Shown here in pieces: positions 17,421 through 36,219 of a DNA stretch of 64,000 nucleotides. The notes below the pieces were generated by a model that saw only the letters and a list, made by a program, of their open reading frames with translations, was not told the DNA's origin and searched no databases. Position 1 is the first letter of the stretch; the number at the start of each line of letters is the position of its first letter. This DNA is from the human T2T-CHM13v2.0 reference genome, Homo sapiens. The position numbers and the translations under genes were made by a program. Where the stretch lies: NCBI RefSeq assembly GCF_009914755.1, contig NC_060942.1. The stretch is one strand, 5' to 3'.

Positions 17421-17723
17421 TTTTTTCTTTTTCTTTTCTTTTTGTTTTTTTTTGAGACAGGGTCTTGCTCTGTCACTCAGGCTGGAGTGCAGTGTTGCAG
17501 TCATAGCTCATCTCTACCTCCTGGTCTCAAGCAATTCTCCCATCTCAGCCTCTCGAGTAGCTGGGGACTACAGGGACCCACCACCATGCCTGGCTTATTT
17601 TTTTATTTTTTGTAGAGACGGGGTTTCGCCATGTTGCCCAGGCTGGTCTTGAACTTCCAAGCTCAAGGGATCTGCCCACCTCGGCCTCCCAAAGTGCTGG
17701 GATTACAGCCATTGTGCCCAACT
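17421..17723 (-). mobile_element. AluJ
   Basis: Reverse dimer; TSD GAAAAAGTATTTT. Confidence 0.92.
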
Positions 17724-17739
17724 GGAAAAAGTATTTTCA

Positions 17740-18449
<710 letters not shown>

Positions 18450-18663
18450 GTCACAAAACAAACAAGTTATGACACACATTTGTCAAATGTTGTAAAAGCT
18501 GGAGGCCAGAGAGAGAGGGTGCTTAAAAGAGTTCACAAAGAGCCTTCTCATACCCTAGGTGAGAATGTCAGTGACTTGACAACATATTCAGGATCCCCTT
18601 ATCAGAGTGTGGATTGGCCTCAGTAAAAGCAGGGAATATTCCTTTAATGAGACCAAATTGTAT

Positions 18664-18879
18664 CAAGCAGTCCCCGCTTATCAGTGGTTTTGCTTTCTGT
18701 GGTTTCAGTTACCCATAGTCAAGCATGATCTGAAAATATTAAATGGAAAATCCCAGAAATAAACAATTCATACATTTTAAATTGCACGCTCTTCAGAGTA
18801 GCATGATTAAATCTCATGCCGTCCCACTCCATCCTACCAGGGAGATGAATCATCCTTTTGTCTAGCCATCCATGCTGCA
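18664..18879 (+). mobile_element. Tigger4b (Zombi/MER46-type) MITE, left half
   Basis: CAGTCCCCGCTTATC..GGTTTCAGTTACCC..GAAAATATTAAATGGAAAATCCCAGAAATAAACAATTC..GAATCATCCTTTTGTC. Confidence 0.85.
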
Positions 18880-18989
18880 CAGGAATACTTGGGAAATGTG
18901 GGTTCAGTTCGAGACCACTGCAACAACGTATCTCCATAAAGCGAGTCACACAAATTTTCTGGTTTCCCAGTTAGGTTTACATTATACTG

Positions 18990-19309
<320 letters not shown>

Positions 19310-19510
19310 CTATACTATAGTTTATTAAATGTGCAATAGCATTACATCTTTAAAAAGTACATACCTTAATTAAAATATACTTTATTGCTAAAAAAGTAGC
19401 AGTACTAATAATGTTAACAATTATCTGAGCTGTCAGAGAATCATCATTTTTTTTTTTTTTTTTTTTTTTTTGCTGGTGGAGGGTCTTGCCTTGATGTTGA
19501 TGGCTGCTGA

Positions 19511-19900
<390 letters not shown>

Positions 19901-20065
19901 TGAAGTTTGCCACCTCGATTGACTCTTTCAAAAAGATTTCTCTGTAGCATGCAATGCTGTTTGATCCACTTTTATCCATAGTAGAACTTTCAGAATTGGA
20001 GTCAGTCCTCTCAAACTTTGATACTGCTTTATGAATTAGCTTTATGGAATAATCCTTTGTTGTCA

Positions 20066-20362
20066 TTTTTTGTTTGTTTGTTTTTTGAGTTGGAGTCTCG
20101 CTGTGTCTCCAAGGCTGGAGTGCGGTGGTGTGATCATGGTTCACTGCAACCTCCGCCTCTTGGGTTCAAGTGATTTTCCTGCCTCAGCCTCCTGAGTAGC
20201 TCAACTACAGGCATGTGCAACCATGCCCAGCTAAGTTTTGTATTTTTAGTAGAGACTGGGTTTCACCATATTGGCCAGGCTCGTCTCGAACTCCTGGTCT
20301 CAAGTGATATGCCTGCCTCAGCCTCCCAAAGTCCTGGGATTATATGTGTGAGCCACTGCGAG
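20066..20362 (-). mobile_element. AluS in Tigger1
   Basis: Reverse dimer. Confidence 0.93.
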
Positions 20363-20463
20363 TAACCTTTTGTTGTCTGAAAATTTCAACGATGTTCACA
20401 GCCTCTTCACCAGGAGTAGAGTCCATCTCAAGAAACCACTTTCTTTGCTAGCTCATCAAGTAA

Positions 20464-20787
<324 letters not shown>

Positions 20788-21024
20788 ACCTGTACAAGTT
20801 TTATCAGGAGATTGTAGCAATCTAGTCACATCTTTGAGCTCTGCTTCTACTTCTAGTTCTCTTGCTATTTCTACCACATCTGTAATTACTTTCTCAACTG
20901 AAGTCTTGAACCCTTCGAAGTTGTCTGTGAGAGCTGGAATTAACCTCTTCCAAACTCCTGTTAATGTTGATATTTTTACTTCCTCCCATGATCACAAATG
21001 TTCTTAATGGCATTTAAGTGGTGA

Positions 21025-21718
<694 letters not shown>

Positions 21719-21750
21719 CAAAAAGTGTGTTCCTTAAATAATAAGACTCA

Positions 21751-22371
<621 letters not shown>

Positions 22372-22403
22372 CTACAGAACGGATGTTGTGTTAGCAGGCA
22401 TGA

Positions 22404-22692
<289 letters not shown>

Positions 22693-22778
22693 AAAACAAC
22701 TTTTAATCTACTCATACATCTCCATCAGAGCTCTTGGATGATCTGATGCATTGTCAACGAGCAGTTATATATATATAA

Positions 22779-23073
<295 letters not shown>

Positions 23074-23228
23074 TCGAGTAGTAATATTTTGAAAGGAATG
23101 TTTTTTTTTCTGAGCGGTAGGTCTCAACAGTGGGCTTTAAATTATTCAGTAAACCATGCTGTAAACAGATGTGCTGTCATGCAGGCTTTGTTGTTCCATT
23201 TACAGAGCACAGGCAGAGTAGATTTAGC

Positions 23229-23445
23229 TTTTTTTTTTTTTTTTTTTTGAGACAGAGTTGCACTCTGTCACCCAGGCTTGAGTGAAGTGGTGCGATCTTG
23301 GCTCACTGTAACCTCCACCTTCCAGGTTCAAGTGATTCTTCTGCCTTAGCCTACAGAGTATCTGCGACTACAGGTGCATGCCGTCACACCCAGCTAATTT
23401 TTGTATTTTTAGTAAAGACAGGGTTTCGCCATGTAGGCGAGGCTG
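23229..23445 (-). mobile_element. 5'-truncated Alu
   Basis: Poly-T plus right arm and part of left arm; TSD GATTTAGC. Confidence 0.9.
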
Positions 23446-23651
23446 GATTTAGCATCATTTTTAAGAGCCCTAGAGTTTTTGGAATGGTAAATGAGCAATG
23501 GCTTCAACTTAAAGTCATCAGCTGCATTAGCCCGTAAGAAGAGAGTCAGCCTGTCCTTTGAAGCCAGACATTAATTTTTCTTTAGCTACGAAATTCCTAG
23601 ATGGCCTCTTCTTCCAATATAAGGCTGTTTTGTCTACATTGAAAAATCTGT

Positions 23652-23794
23652 GGTCTGGTGTGGTGGTTCATGCCTGTAATCCCAGACTTTGGGAGGCTGA
23701 GGTGGGAGGCTCACTTAAGCCCAGGAGTTCAAGACCAGCCTGGACAACAAAACGAGATTCTGTCTCTACAAAAAATAAAAATTAAACAAAAAAG
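23652..23794 (+). mobile_element. FLAM_C / AluJ left monomer
   Basis: Single arm with A tail; TSD AAAATCTGT. Confidence 0.88.
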
Positions 23795-24184
23795 AAAATC
23801 TGTTGTTCAGTGTATCCACCTTCACCCATGATCTTAGCTAGATCTTCGGGATAACTTGCTGCAGCTCCTACATCAGCACTCGCTGGTTCACCTTGCACTT
23901 TTTTTGTTATGGAGGTGGCTTCTTTCCTTAAACTTCATGAACCAACCTCTGCTAGCTTCAGACTTTTCTTCCATTGCTTCCAGCACTCTCAGCCTTCATT
24001 GAATTGAAGAGAGTTAGAGTTAGGGTCTTGCTCTGGTTTAGGCTTTGGCTTATGAGAATGTTGTGGTTGGTTTGATCTATCCAGGCCACTTAGACATTCT
24101 CCATTTCAGCAATAAGGCTGTTTCACTGTCTTATTTGTGTGTTCACTGGAGTAGCACTTTTAATTTCCTTCAAGAACTTTTTCT

Positions 24185-24470
24185 GGCCAGGCACGATGGC
24201 TCACGCCTGTAATCCCAGCATTTTGGGAGGCTGAGGCAGGCGGATCACTTAAGGTCAGGAGTTCAAGATCAGCCTAGCCAACATAGTGAAACCCCGTCTC
24301 TACTTAAAATACAAAAATTAGCCAGGCATGGTGGTGGGCGCCTGTAATCCCAGCTGCTCAGGAGGTTGAGGCAGGAGAATTGCTTGAACCCAGGAGGCAG
24401 AGGTTGCAGTGAGCCGAGATTGAGTCACACTACACTCCAGCCTGGGCAATAGAGTGAGACTCCTGTCTCA

Positions 24471-24497
<27 letters not shown>
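24185..24497 (+). mobile_element. AluSx
   Basis: Full dimer; TSD AAGAACTTT(T/A)TCT. Confidence 0.95.
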
Positions 24498-24502
<5 letters not shown>

Positions 24503-24626
24503 TTATCTTTGTATTCACAACTTCGTTGTTTGGTGCAAGAAGTGTAGCTTTTGGCCTCCCTCAGCTTTTGATATGCCTTCCTCAGTAAGTTTAATCATTT
24601 CTAGCTTTTGATTGAAAGTGAGAGAC

Positions 24627-24965
<339 letters not shown>

Positions 24966-25211
24966 TCACTTGAACACTTAGAGGCCATTGTAGGGTTATT
25001 AATTGACCTAATTTCAATCTTATTGTGTCTCACAGAAAAGGGAGGTCTGAGGTAAGGGAGAGAGAAGTGGGAATGGCTGCTTGGTGGAGCAGTCAGAACA
25101 CACACAACATTTATGTATTAAGTTCGCCGTCGTATGTAGATGGGCATGGTTCATGACACCCCAAAACAATTACAATAGTTACATCAAAGATCAGTGATCA
25201 CAGATCACCTA

Positions 25212-25642
<431 letters not shown>

Positions 25643-25727
25643 TTAGGGTTACCACAAACCTTCAGTCTGTAAAATGCAGTATCTGAAGTACGGTGAAGTG
25701 AAGCACAATAAAACAGAGGTGTCCCTA

Positions 25728-25876
25728 TCTCTGCTACTCACCTGTTAGTCACTTAGTAGTGTCTTGGTTACCGGATCGAAAAAGCACAGTAGATATAGGG
25801 TTTGGTACTATCCATTGTTTTAGGCATCCACTGGGGGGTCTCGGAATGTATCCCCTGAGGTAAGGGGAAAGTACTA
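25728..25876 (+). mobile_element. Tigger4b MITE, right half
   Basis: GTTAGTCACTTAGTAG...GGTACTATCC...GGCATCCACTGGGGGGTCTCGGAATGTATCCCC...TAAGGGG end. Confidence 0.85.
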
Positions 25877-26040
25877 TATTACAGAACATCTGAGGTAAGT
25901 CATAGAAATTATGTAACCATGGCATTTTTATCACTGATAACTCAGTAGTGAGGCCAAGGGAGACTGTCAGAGGTAAAATGGAAAGACGGGAGACAGTGAT
26001 TACTGGATGACAGGGAAAAGATGTAAAGGTTTACTGTGCA

Positions 26041-26338
26041 TTTTTTTTTTTTTTTTGAGATGGAGTCTTGCTCTGTCGCCCAGGCTGGAGTGCAGTGCTA
26101 CGATCTAGGCTCACTGCAAACTCTGTCTCCCGGGTTCAAGCAATTCTTCTGCCTCAGCCTCCCAAATAGCTGAGATTACAGGCGTGCACCACCATGCCTG
26201 GCTAATTTTTATATTTTTAGTAGAGATGAGGTGTCACCATGTTAGCCAGGCTGGTCTCCAACTGCTGACCTCAAGTGATCTGCCTGCCTTGGCTTCCCAA
26301 AGTGCTGCGATTACAGGCATGAGCCACTGCGCCCGGCC
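26041..26338 (-). mobile_element. AluSx/Sz
   Basis: Full reverse dimer. Confidence 0.94.
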
Positions 26339-26632
26339 AACACTGTCTTTTTAATGTCCAAAACTAAAAGGAGACATGTCCGTGGAGAAAGGATATATCA
26401 AATTTGATAAGAGTTCATTAATGACCAAAAATTCCAAATCATAGCTGGGACTCCCTCAATTTATTTAACCTTTGCCCAGTTCCTCCACCCCACACTATTC
26501 TTCAGCAATTAACTGAATTACTTAAGTAATTAAAATAAGAAAATATCAGCATGAAACATGTATAAGAATGGAAAATAAGTAAATAAATTAAAAATGTGAA
26601 AGAAACAAGCAAAAAGTTAAAAAGAAAAACCA

Positions 26633-27400
<768 letters not shown>

Positions 27401-27441
27401 TTAAAAGCAAGCTGGCAAGGCTTGCTTTTAAAGCAAGGCTG

Positions 27442-28545
27442 ATCCATGTGTCAGAGGTCCTTCCTTTTTAAGGCAGAATAATATCCCATTGTATGTATTT
27501 ATCACATTTTGTTTATTGATTCATTTATTGATTCATCTGTAATGGATACTTGGGTTGCTTCTACCTTTTGACTATTGTTAATAATGCTGCTATGAACATG
27601 GGTGTACAAATCTCTCTTGAGTCTCTGCTTTCAGTTCTTTTAAGTGTATATCCAGAATTACTGGATCATGTGTGGCAATTCTGTTTTTAATTTTTTGAAG
27701 AACTGCCATACTGTTTTCCACAGCAGCCGTACCATTTTACATTCCTGCCAGCAGCGCACAAGGATTCCGATTTTTCCGCATTCTTGACAATACTTGTTAT
27801 TTTATTTTTTCTTTCTTTCTAATAGTAGCCATGCTGCTGGGTATAAGGTGGTACCTCATTGTGGCTTTGATTTGCATTTCCCTAGTGATTAGTGTTGTTG
27901 AGCATCTTTCATGTGCTTGTTGGCCATTTGTATGTCTTCTTTAGGAAAATGTTACTCAAATTCTTTGCCTGTTTTTTGATCTGGTTGGTCTTTTGGTTTT
28001 TTGTTTGTTTGTTTTTTGAGATGGAGTCTCACTTTGTCACCCAAACTGGAGTGCAGTGGGGCGATCTTGGTTCACTGCAACCTCTGCCTCCTGAGTTCAA
28101 GTGATTCTCCTGCCTCAGCCTCCTGACTAGCTGGGATTACAGGCACACGTGCTACCACGCCCAGCTAATTTTTATATTTTTAGCAGAGACAGGGTTTCAC
28201 CATGTTGGCCAGCTTGGTCCTGAACTCCTGACCTCAAGTGATCTGCCTGTCTCGGCCTCCCAAAGTGCTGGGATTACAGGTGTGAGCCACTGCGCCCAGC
28301 CTGGTCTTTTGTTGTTGTTATTGAGTTTAGGAGTTCCTTATATAGTCTGAGTATTAACCGCTTATCAGAAACAAGATTCGCAAATGTTTTCTGTCATTCT
28401 GTAATTTTTCTTTTCCCTCTTTGATTGTGTCCTTTGATGCACAGTTTTTTATTTTGATGTAGTCTGTTTTATCTGTTATTACTTTTGCTGCCTGCGCTTT
28501 CGGTGTCATATTCAGAAATCATTCCCAAATCCAATGTCATGAACC
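27442..28545 (-). mobile_element. L1MB-type 3'/ORF2 fragment split by AluSx (27990-28301)
   Basis: AATAATGCTGCTATGAACATGGGTGTACAAA...CATTGTGGCTTTGATTTGCATTTCCCT. Confidence 0.85.
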
Positions 28546-28797
28546 CCTGGGTTTTAGTAAGTATGTTTTAACTGTTCATAACTTCTAACTAATCTGTAAT
28601 TGCAGATTATATTTATTTTTTATATAGAAAAAATTAACTCATCAAGCAGATTTATTCTTTTAATAATTAATTTGTAGTTTTCTTATTTTAGGGTCAAAAA
28701 CTATGGCTTAAGCTCTAGATTTCCATTCTTTAGAATTTGTTAAGATTTTCCTTGTGGTTTAGAACATTTCAATGTTTGTAAATATTCTTGGACTTTA

Positions 28798-29304
<507 letters not shown>

Positions 29305-29706
29305 CATATGTGTTTTATTTTTCCAAATCCTCTCTGTTTATTTTTGGTCTATGCGATCTGTCAAATTCTTAAAGAAATGGGTTAAAAATTTTAAAATAAA
29401 TTCTTTTATCCCCATTAGTTATTTATTTAAATATTTTGGTGTTATGAGCTTGCACTTTAGAATTAGCATATCAGGGTTTGAGTTCCATGTCCATCTATCA
29501 CTGTGAACTATGAACATCATTTAATCTCTCTGATGTCTAGTCCTCATTTGCAAAATGAAAGAAAGCATTAACCACAGTCACTCCATGGAGTAGTAAAGAT
29601 TATTTGAGATGTATTTAAAGCATTCTCACTACAGGTGTGTTCAAAAGATACTCACTATTCTTTTGTCTTGTCCTACTTAATGCTTATTTTTTGTATTCAT
29701 TCATTC

Positions 29707-30458
<752 letters not shown>

Positions 30459-30936
30459 CCATGCTTTCTTTTAAATCATCAATTTCACTTTGATTTTATA
30501 TTGCTACTTTTGCTTCTTTTTGTCTTCACTTGTTTTACCTTTGTTGGCCATTCATTTAATTTCAATCTATGTTGTTTTAATTCAGATATTATTCATAAAG
30601 AGAATATAGCTGTATTTTCTTCTGTTTTTTCAGAGAGATTTTTGTCTTTCAATAGGGAAATTTAGCCCACTGAATTTGTTGTTATTGATGCTAAGAATGT
30701 ATTCATACACCTTAAATTGTGTTTTCTCTTTTTTATGCTTTGTTTTTCCCTTTTCTTCCTGACTTTTGTGGTGTTGGTGAAGTGGTATTGGTTTTGGTTT
30801 CTTTGTATTTCTTTCTTCTCAAATTATTTGAAAGTTCTACAAGAAGTTGTGGTCAGTATCTTTAAAACAAAACAAAAAAAAAACCTGATATGTTTATAAA
30901 TAACTGATATGCTTATAAAGAAAAAAAGGATGTATC

Positions 30937-31322
<386 letters not shown>

Positions 31323-31569
31323 TGAAATAAACTGGGATTTTAATTACAGATTATTTTTAATATTTCAATTTTTGTTTTTTCTATGCTATATAGCATTTGT
31401 ATTAGATTTTATAAAAACATTATCAATAATTTTTTAGATCCCACGGGGCTTTTACTCTCCAGTACTTTTTGTTTTCTCTATTTACCTCTTTATTGAGTTT
31501 TATTTAATTGCAAGAAGCATCAAATATTCTTTATATATATACATATATGTTCTTTATATATCTACATAA

Positions 31570-32370
31570 TAGATATTTATATATCTCCATAATAGATATT
31601 TATCAGATAGATGATTTGCAAATATTTTCTCCCGTATTATGGGTTGTCTTTTCACTTTCTTGATTCTGTCCTTCGATATACAAAGGTTTTCAATTTTTAT
31701 GAATCAATTTATCTAGCTTTTTCCTTTGTTGCTCGTACTTTTGGTGTCATATTAAGAAACCTAATCCAGTGTCAAATAACTCTATAGTTTTACAGTTTCA
31801 GCTCTTACATTTAGATCTGTGATCTATTTTAAGTTAATTTTTGTATCTGCTGTAAAGTAGATGTCAAATTCATTCTTTCTCATGTGGATATCCACCTGTC
31901 CCAGCACCATTTATTGAAAAGACTATTCTTTCCCAATGTATTGCATTATTTTGATATCCTTGTTGAAAACCAGTTGACCACAGATGCATGGGTTTAGTTC
32001 TGAACTTTTAATTCTATTCTGTTGATCTGTATGTACTTATATGAGCACCACATTGTCTCGATTACTATGGCTTTGTCATGAGGTTTGAAATTGGGAAGTG
32101 TAGTCCTCTGACTAGGTTCTTTTTTCTTAAGTTTATTTTGGCTATTTTTGATCCCTTGCATTTCCATATGAATTATAGGATCAGCTTATCAATTTCTACA
32201 AGACAGGCAAATGGAATTTGATAGAGATTATATTGCATCTGTAGATCAACCTGGAGATTACTGCCATCTTAACAATGTTAGGTCTTTAAATCCAGTAACA
32301 CAGGATGTCTTTCCATTTACTTAGGTTTTCTTTCATTTCTTTTAATGATGTTTTGCAGTTATAGTGTATA
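31570..32370 (-). mobile_element. L1M ORF2 fragment
   Basis: ATTTGCAAATATTTTCTCCC...CCCAGCACCATTTATTGAAAAGACTATTCTTTCC. Confidence 0.85.
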
Positions 32371-33008
32371 TCATGTGCTCCATTTTATTTTTCAAGCTTC
32401 CAACATATCAATAGTAGCTCCCCTGAATTTATTTTTTCTCTTTTATTTTTTCTTTCACAATTTCAATTTCTTCATCTTTTTGCTCTGTACTCTGGAAATA
32501 TTGAGATGGTCTTATAATTTACTAATTCAGTTTTCAGCAGTATCCATTTTTTCTATTAACTGCTTAGTTTTTTCAACTTAAATAGTCATCTACTGTTTAA
32601 TTTCCAACATCATTCTGGTTTTCAGATTGCTTCATTTTCACAACCTGCTTGTTACTCTTTAAATTTCACTAAGAACATGAACAAGATTTTTAAAAAAGTT
32701 TTGTCTTATTTCCTGCATTAACTCCATTTTAGTGGGTGATATTTGCTCTCATTTGGTCCTCTTCTTTCAAATGGTAGATTCTCTCCTTATGATTGGTGAT
32801 ATTTTTTATCTGCTCATATTTCTAAGTGAAGATCTAGATCATTCAGCATTGGTAACTGGCATCCGATCTGGAATTAGAGAGACCTTTGTTCGGTTCCCCA
32901 CAGTGTATCTTCCCCTCTGACGAAGATGGTGGTAGGTTGGTTTTCCTTTCCAGTGAATTGGCTTTGAGTGGGAAAGTAGTAGCACCCTTTCTAGTAGAAG
33001 GTGAATTC

Positions 33009-33304
33009 TTTTTTTTTTTTTTTTGAGACGGAGTCTCACTCTGTCACCCAGGCTGGACTGCAGTGGCATGATCTCGGCTCACTGCAAGCTCTGCCCCCGA
33101 GTTCACGCCATTCTCCTGCCTCAGCCTCCTGAGCAGCTGGGACTACAGGCGCCCACCACCACGCCTGGCTAATTTTTTATATTTTTAGTAGAGACGGGGT
33201 TTCACCATGTTAGCCGGGATGGTCTCAATCTCCTGACGTTGTGATCGGCCCGCCTCGGCCTCCCAAAGTGCTGGGATTACAGGCGTGAGCTACCGCGCCC
33301 GGCC
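33009..33304 (-). mobile_element. AluY
   Basis: TTCACGCCATTCTCC; CpG-rich; 15-bp TSD AGAAGGTGAATTCTT. Confidence 0.95.
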
Positions 33305-33349
33305 AGAAGGTGAATTCTTATAATGCATGCGTATGCTGAGCCACTAAGC

Positions 33350-34000
33350 CTCAGATCTTAAATTGAGAGAAAGGGAAACACAGTGAGGAAGCAAAGAAAT
33401 AAAGTATTTGCAGCTTTGCCCAGGAAAGAACTTTGGGTATGATTACTGGTCCATGGAACTCATAGGAAGAGAATAGTCTACTAAGTGTCTAAGAAAACCG
33501 TAAGGTCAAATCAGCTATAAACCTGGCCTTTAAAATGCCTTACATGTAGGCCAGGAGTCGTGGCTTATGCCTATAATCCCAGCACTTAGGGAGGCAGAGA
33601 CTGGAGGATGGCTTGAGCCCAGAAGTTTGAGACCTGCCTGGGCAACATAGCAAGACCTCGTTGTCCACAAAAAGGAAAAACAAACAAACAAAACCAAAAA
33701 CAAAACAAAATCCTTAAGTATGAATGAGCCCTCAGGACTCCAAACTTATACCAGCAGGAAATGCGCTGTGAAAACTGTGAAGTCTCTGGAGGGCTTACTT
33801 CCTAGTTGCACTTCAGATATGGTCATGGAGAATAATGAACAAGGAAGAATATTCCAGAGTGTGGAGCCAAGGGCCACAGAAATAAATGCAAAGTGGTGTT
33901 CATCCTTGAGAGCAGAACCAGGATGTAATCATAGAACTTCCTCCACTGCCAAGGTGAAGGATCGTCACAGTAACTACCCAGAAGGATTCTGCCATTTATG
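33350..34000 (+). mobile_element. MLT1-int-like MaLR internal fragment split by FLAM_C (33549-33710)
   Basis: AAAGAACTTTGGGTATGATTACTGG...GTGGAGCCAAGGGCCACAGA resembles MLT1 internal consensus. Confidence 0.5.
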
Positions 34001-34149
34001 TATGAACTCTGTTGTGAGTCTCATATTTTTCACTAAATTTAGGGTTTTAAGGCAGCGTATCTATGTAGAAACACTTGGGAATCACTGTTATGGGAGAGAG
34101 TGGAGGGATGCACAGGCAATGATCACAGTCAACATTTAATAGTGTTCCG

Positions 34150-34467
<318 letters not shown>

Positions 34468-34700
34468 GTTTCAGGCACTAATGCATCTTCTTTTTTTTTT
34501 TTTCTTTTTGAGACATAGTCTCACTCTGTCACCAGGCTGGAGTCAGGATTCAAAACTATGGGACCTTTTTTCAGAATGTTCACTCTGAACCCTATCATCT
34601 TTTATAATTATGGAGGTCTACTGGGCATGCTGAGGGACATAGAAATCCCAAAGGGAAGACAAGGCAGAAACACAAATTCAGGACACAGGAGTGTGAAATC

Positions 34701-34997
34701 TTTTTTTTTTTTTTTGAGTCGGAATTTTGTTCTTGTTGCCCAGGCTGGGGGTGCAATGGCGCAATTTGGCTCACTCCAACCTCCGCCTCCAGGATTCAAG
34801 CGATTCTCCTGCCTCAGCCTCCCAAGTAGCTGAGAATACAGGTGTGTGCCACCAACACCTAGCTAATTTTGCATTTTTAGTAGAGATGGGGTTTCACCAT
34901 GTTGGTCAGGCTGGTCTCGAACTCCTGACCTCAAGTGTTCCACCTGCCTTGGCCTCCAAAGGGCTGGGATTACAGGCGTGAGACACTGTACCCGGCT
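34701..34997 (-). mobile_element. AluS (plus short Alu 3' stub at 34487-34543)
   Basis: Reverse dimer; degenerate TSD GGAGT(G/T)TG..ATCT. Confidence 0.92.
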
Positions 34998-35622
34998 GGG
35001 AGTTTGTTATCTAATGAAGATGGCATTGAACTCTTTTCAATCTACCAGGATATATAGATTACTCTCACTTTTACCCTTGTTAGGGACTTGCCTTGTTTAC
35101 TGACAAATCACCACTACTACTGATATATTGTGCCGTCTAACTCACATTAGGTGCTCAATATCTGTTGAATGGATGAAGAATGAATACCAGAGTCCTGTAA
35201 TATTAGACTATGGTCCTTGAGTGACTGCCAGATTTGCTTTCACATTTCTAGGGTCTAGTGTACCTGGCACTCAACAAATGGTCCTTGCACTAAGAGAGAA
35301 AACTGCACTGGTGGTTTTACTTTAAAGCGGCTCCTTGTTCAGTGTCCTTATCTTTAAATTGGAAGGTGTTTTGCTTCTGCCCAACCCCCACACACTCTAC
35401 AGACCTTGTGATGGGTTGAGTTTTTCAAAAGATTCTCACCTGCTTTAACTTCTATGAGCTTAGTTTATATTCACCAGGTGAACTTAAAATTTCAGTTTCT
35501 ACAGCACTGTCTTTTCCACGTGTATGGCCAGTTCTCATGATGAGTTTACTAAGTGACTTTGGATTCTTTTAGCTATTGCTAATCATCTGCACCTTTCTGT
35601 TGTAGTTATTTTAAAGCCCGCC

Positions 35623-35628
35623 CGCGCG

Positions 35629-35669
<41 letters not shown>
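35623..35669. repeat. (CG)7(CA)16 compound alternating microsatellite
   Basis: Read directly. Confidence 0.97.
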
Positions 35670-35672
<3 letters not shown>

Positions 35673-36219
35673 TGAGTCAGGGTCTCTGTCACCCAGGCTA
35701 AAAGCGCTGGGACTACAGACATGAGCCACCGCGTGGGGCCAAAAACATACGGATTTTATTTACTAAACCTGTATTGTGTGCATGACCCAGAATTGTGGGA
35801 GTACAGCAATGACTGAGAAAGCCGTGTTTCCCACCTTCGTGGCACATAACAATGTTTCTATGGGTTTTTAAAGGCCCAACAACAGGGATTCAATTATAAA
35901 ATAAAAATATTTCGGTACAAAACATGATTTAAAAAAAGACAACTATGTCTTCCGAGTGGAGGAGGGAAAGGACAATCAAACCTCGAACAAATCGTTTATC
36001 TTGCTAGTCACAGCTTAGCTATGCCTTGTTATTTTCCGGTGATTCCAAACTTCCAGTCCATTCCCTCTGCATGGATCAAAAGTGACAGGAAAGAAAAAAA
36101 TGTATTTCGGATATGGCAAAAAAGAAAAATGCAAGACAAGCAAACAAAAGTACTGGGACATCGTATGAGAACTAGTTTAATTGACAATGTCTTTAAATGG
36201 TACCTATCACTTGACAATG

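Noticed and set aside
33720-34139. 139-aa ORF beginning MNEPSGLQ
   Set aside because: Lies largely in MLT1-int-like sequence; no domain or exon support
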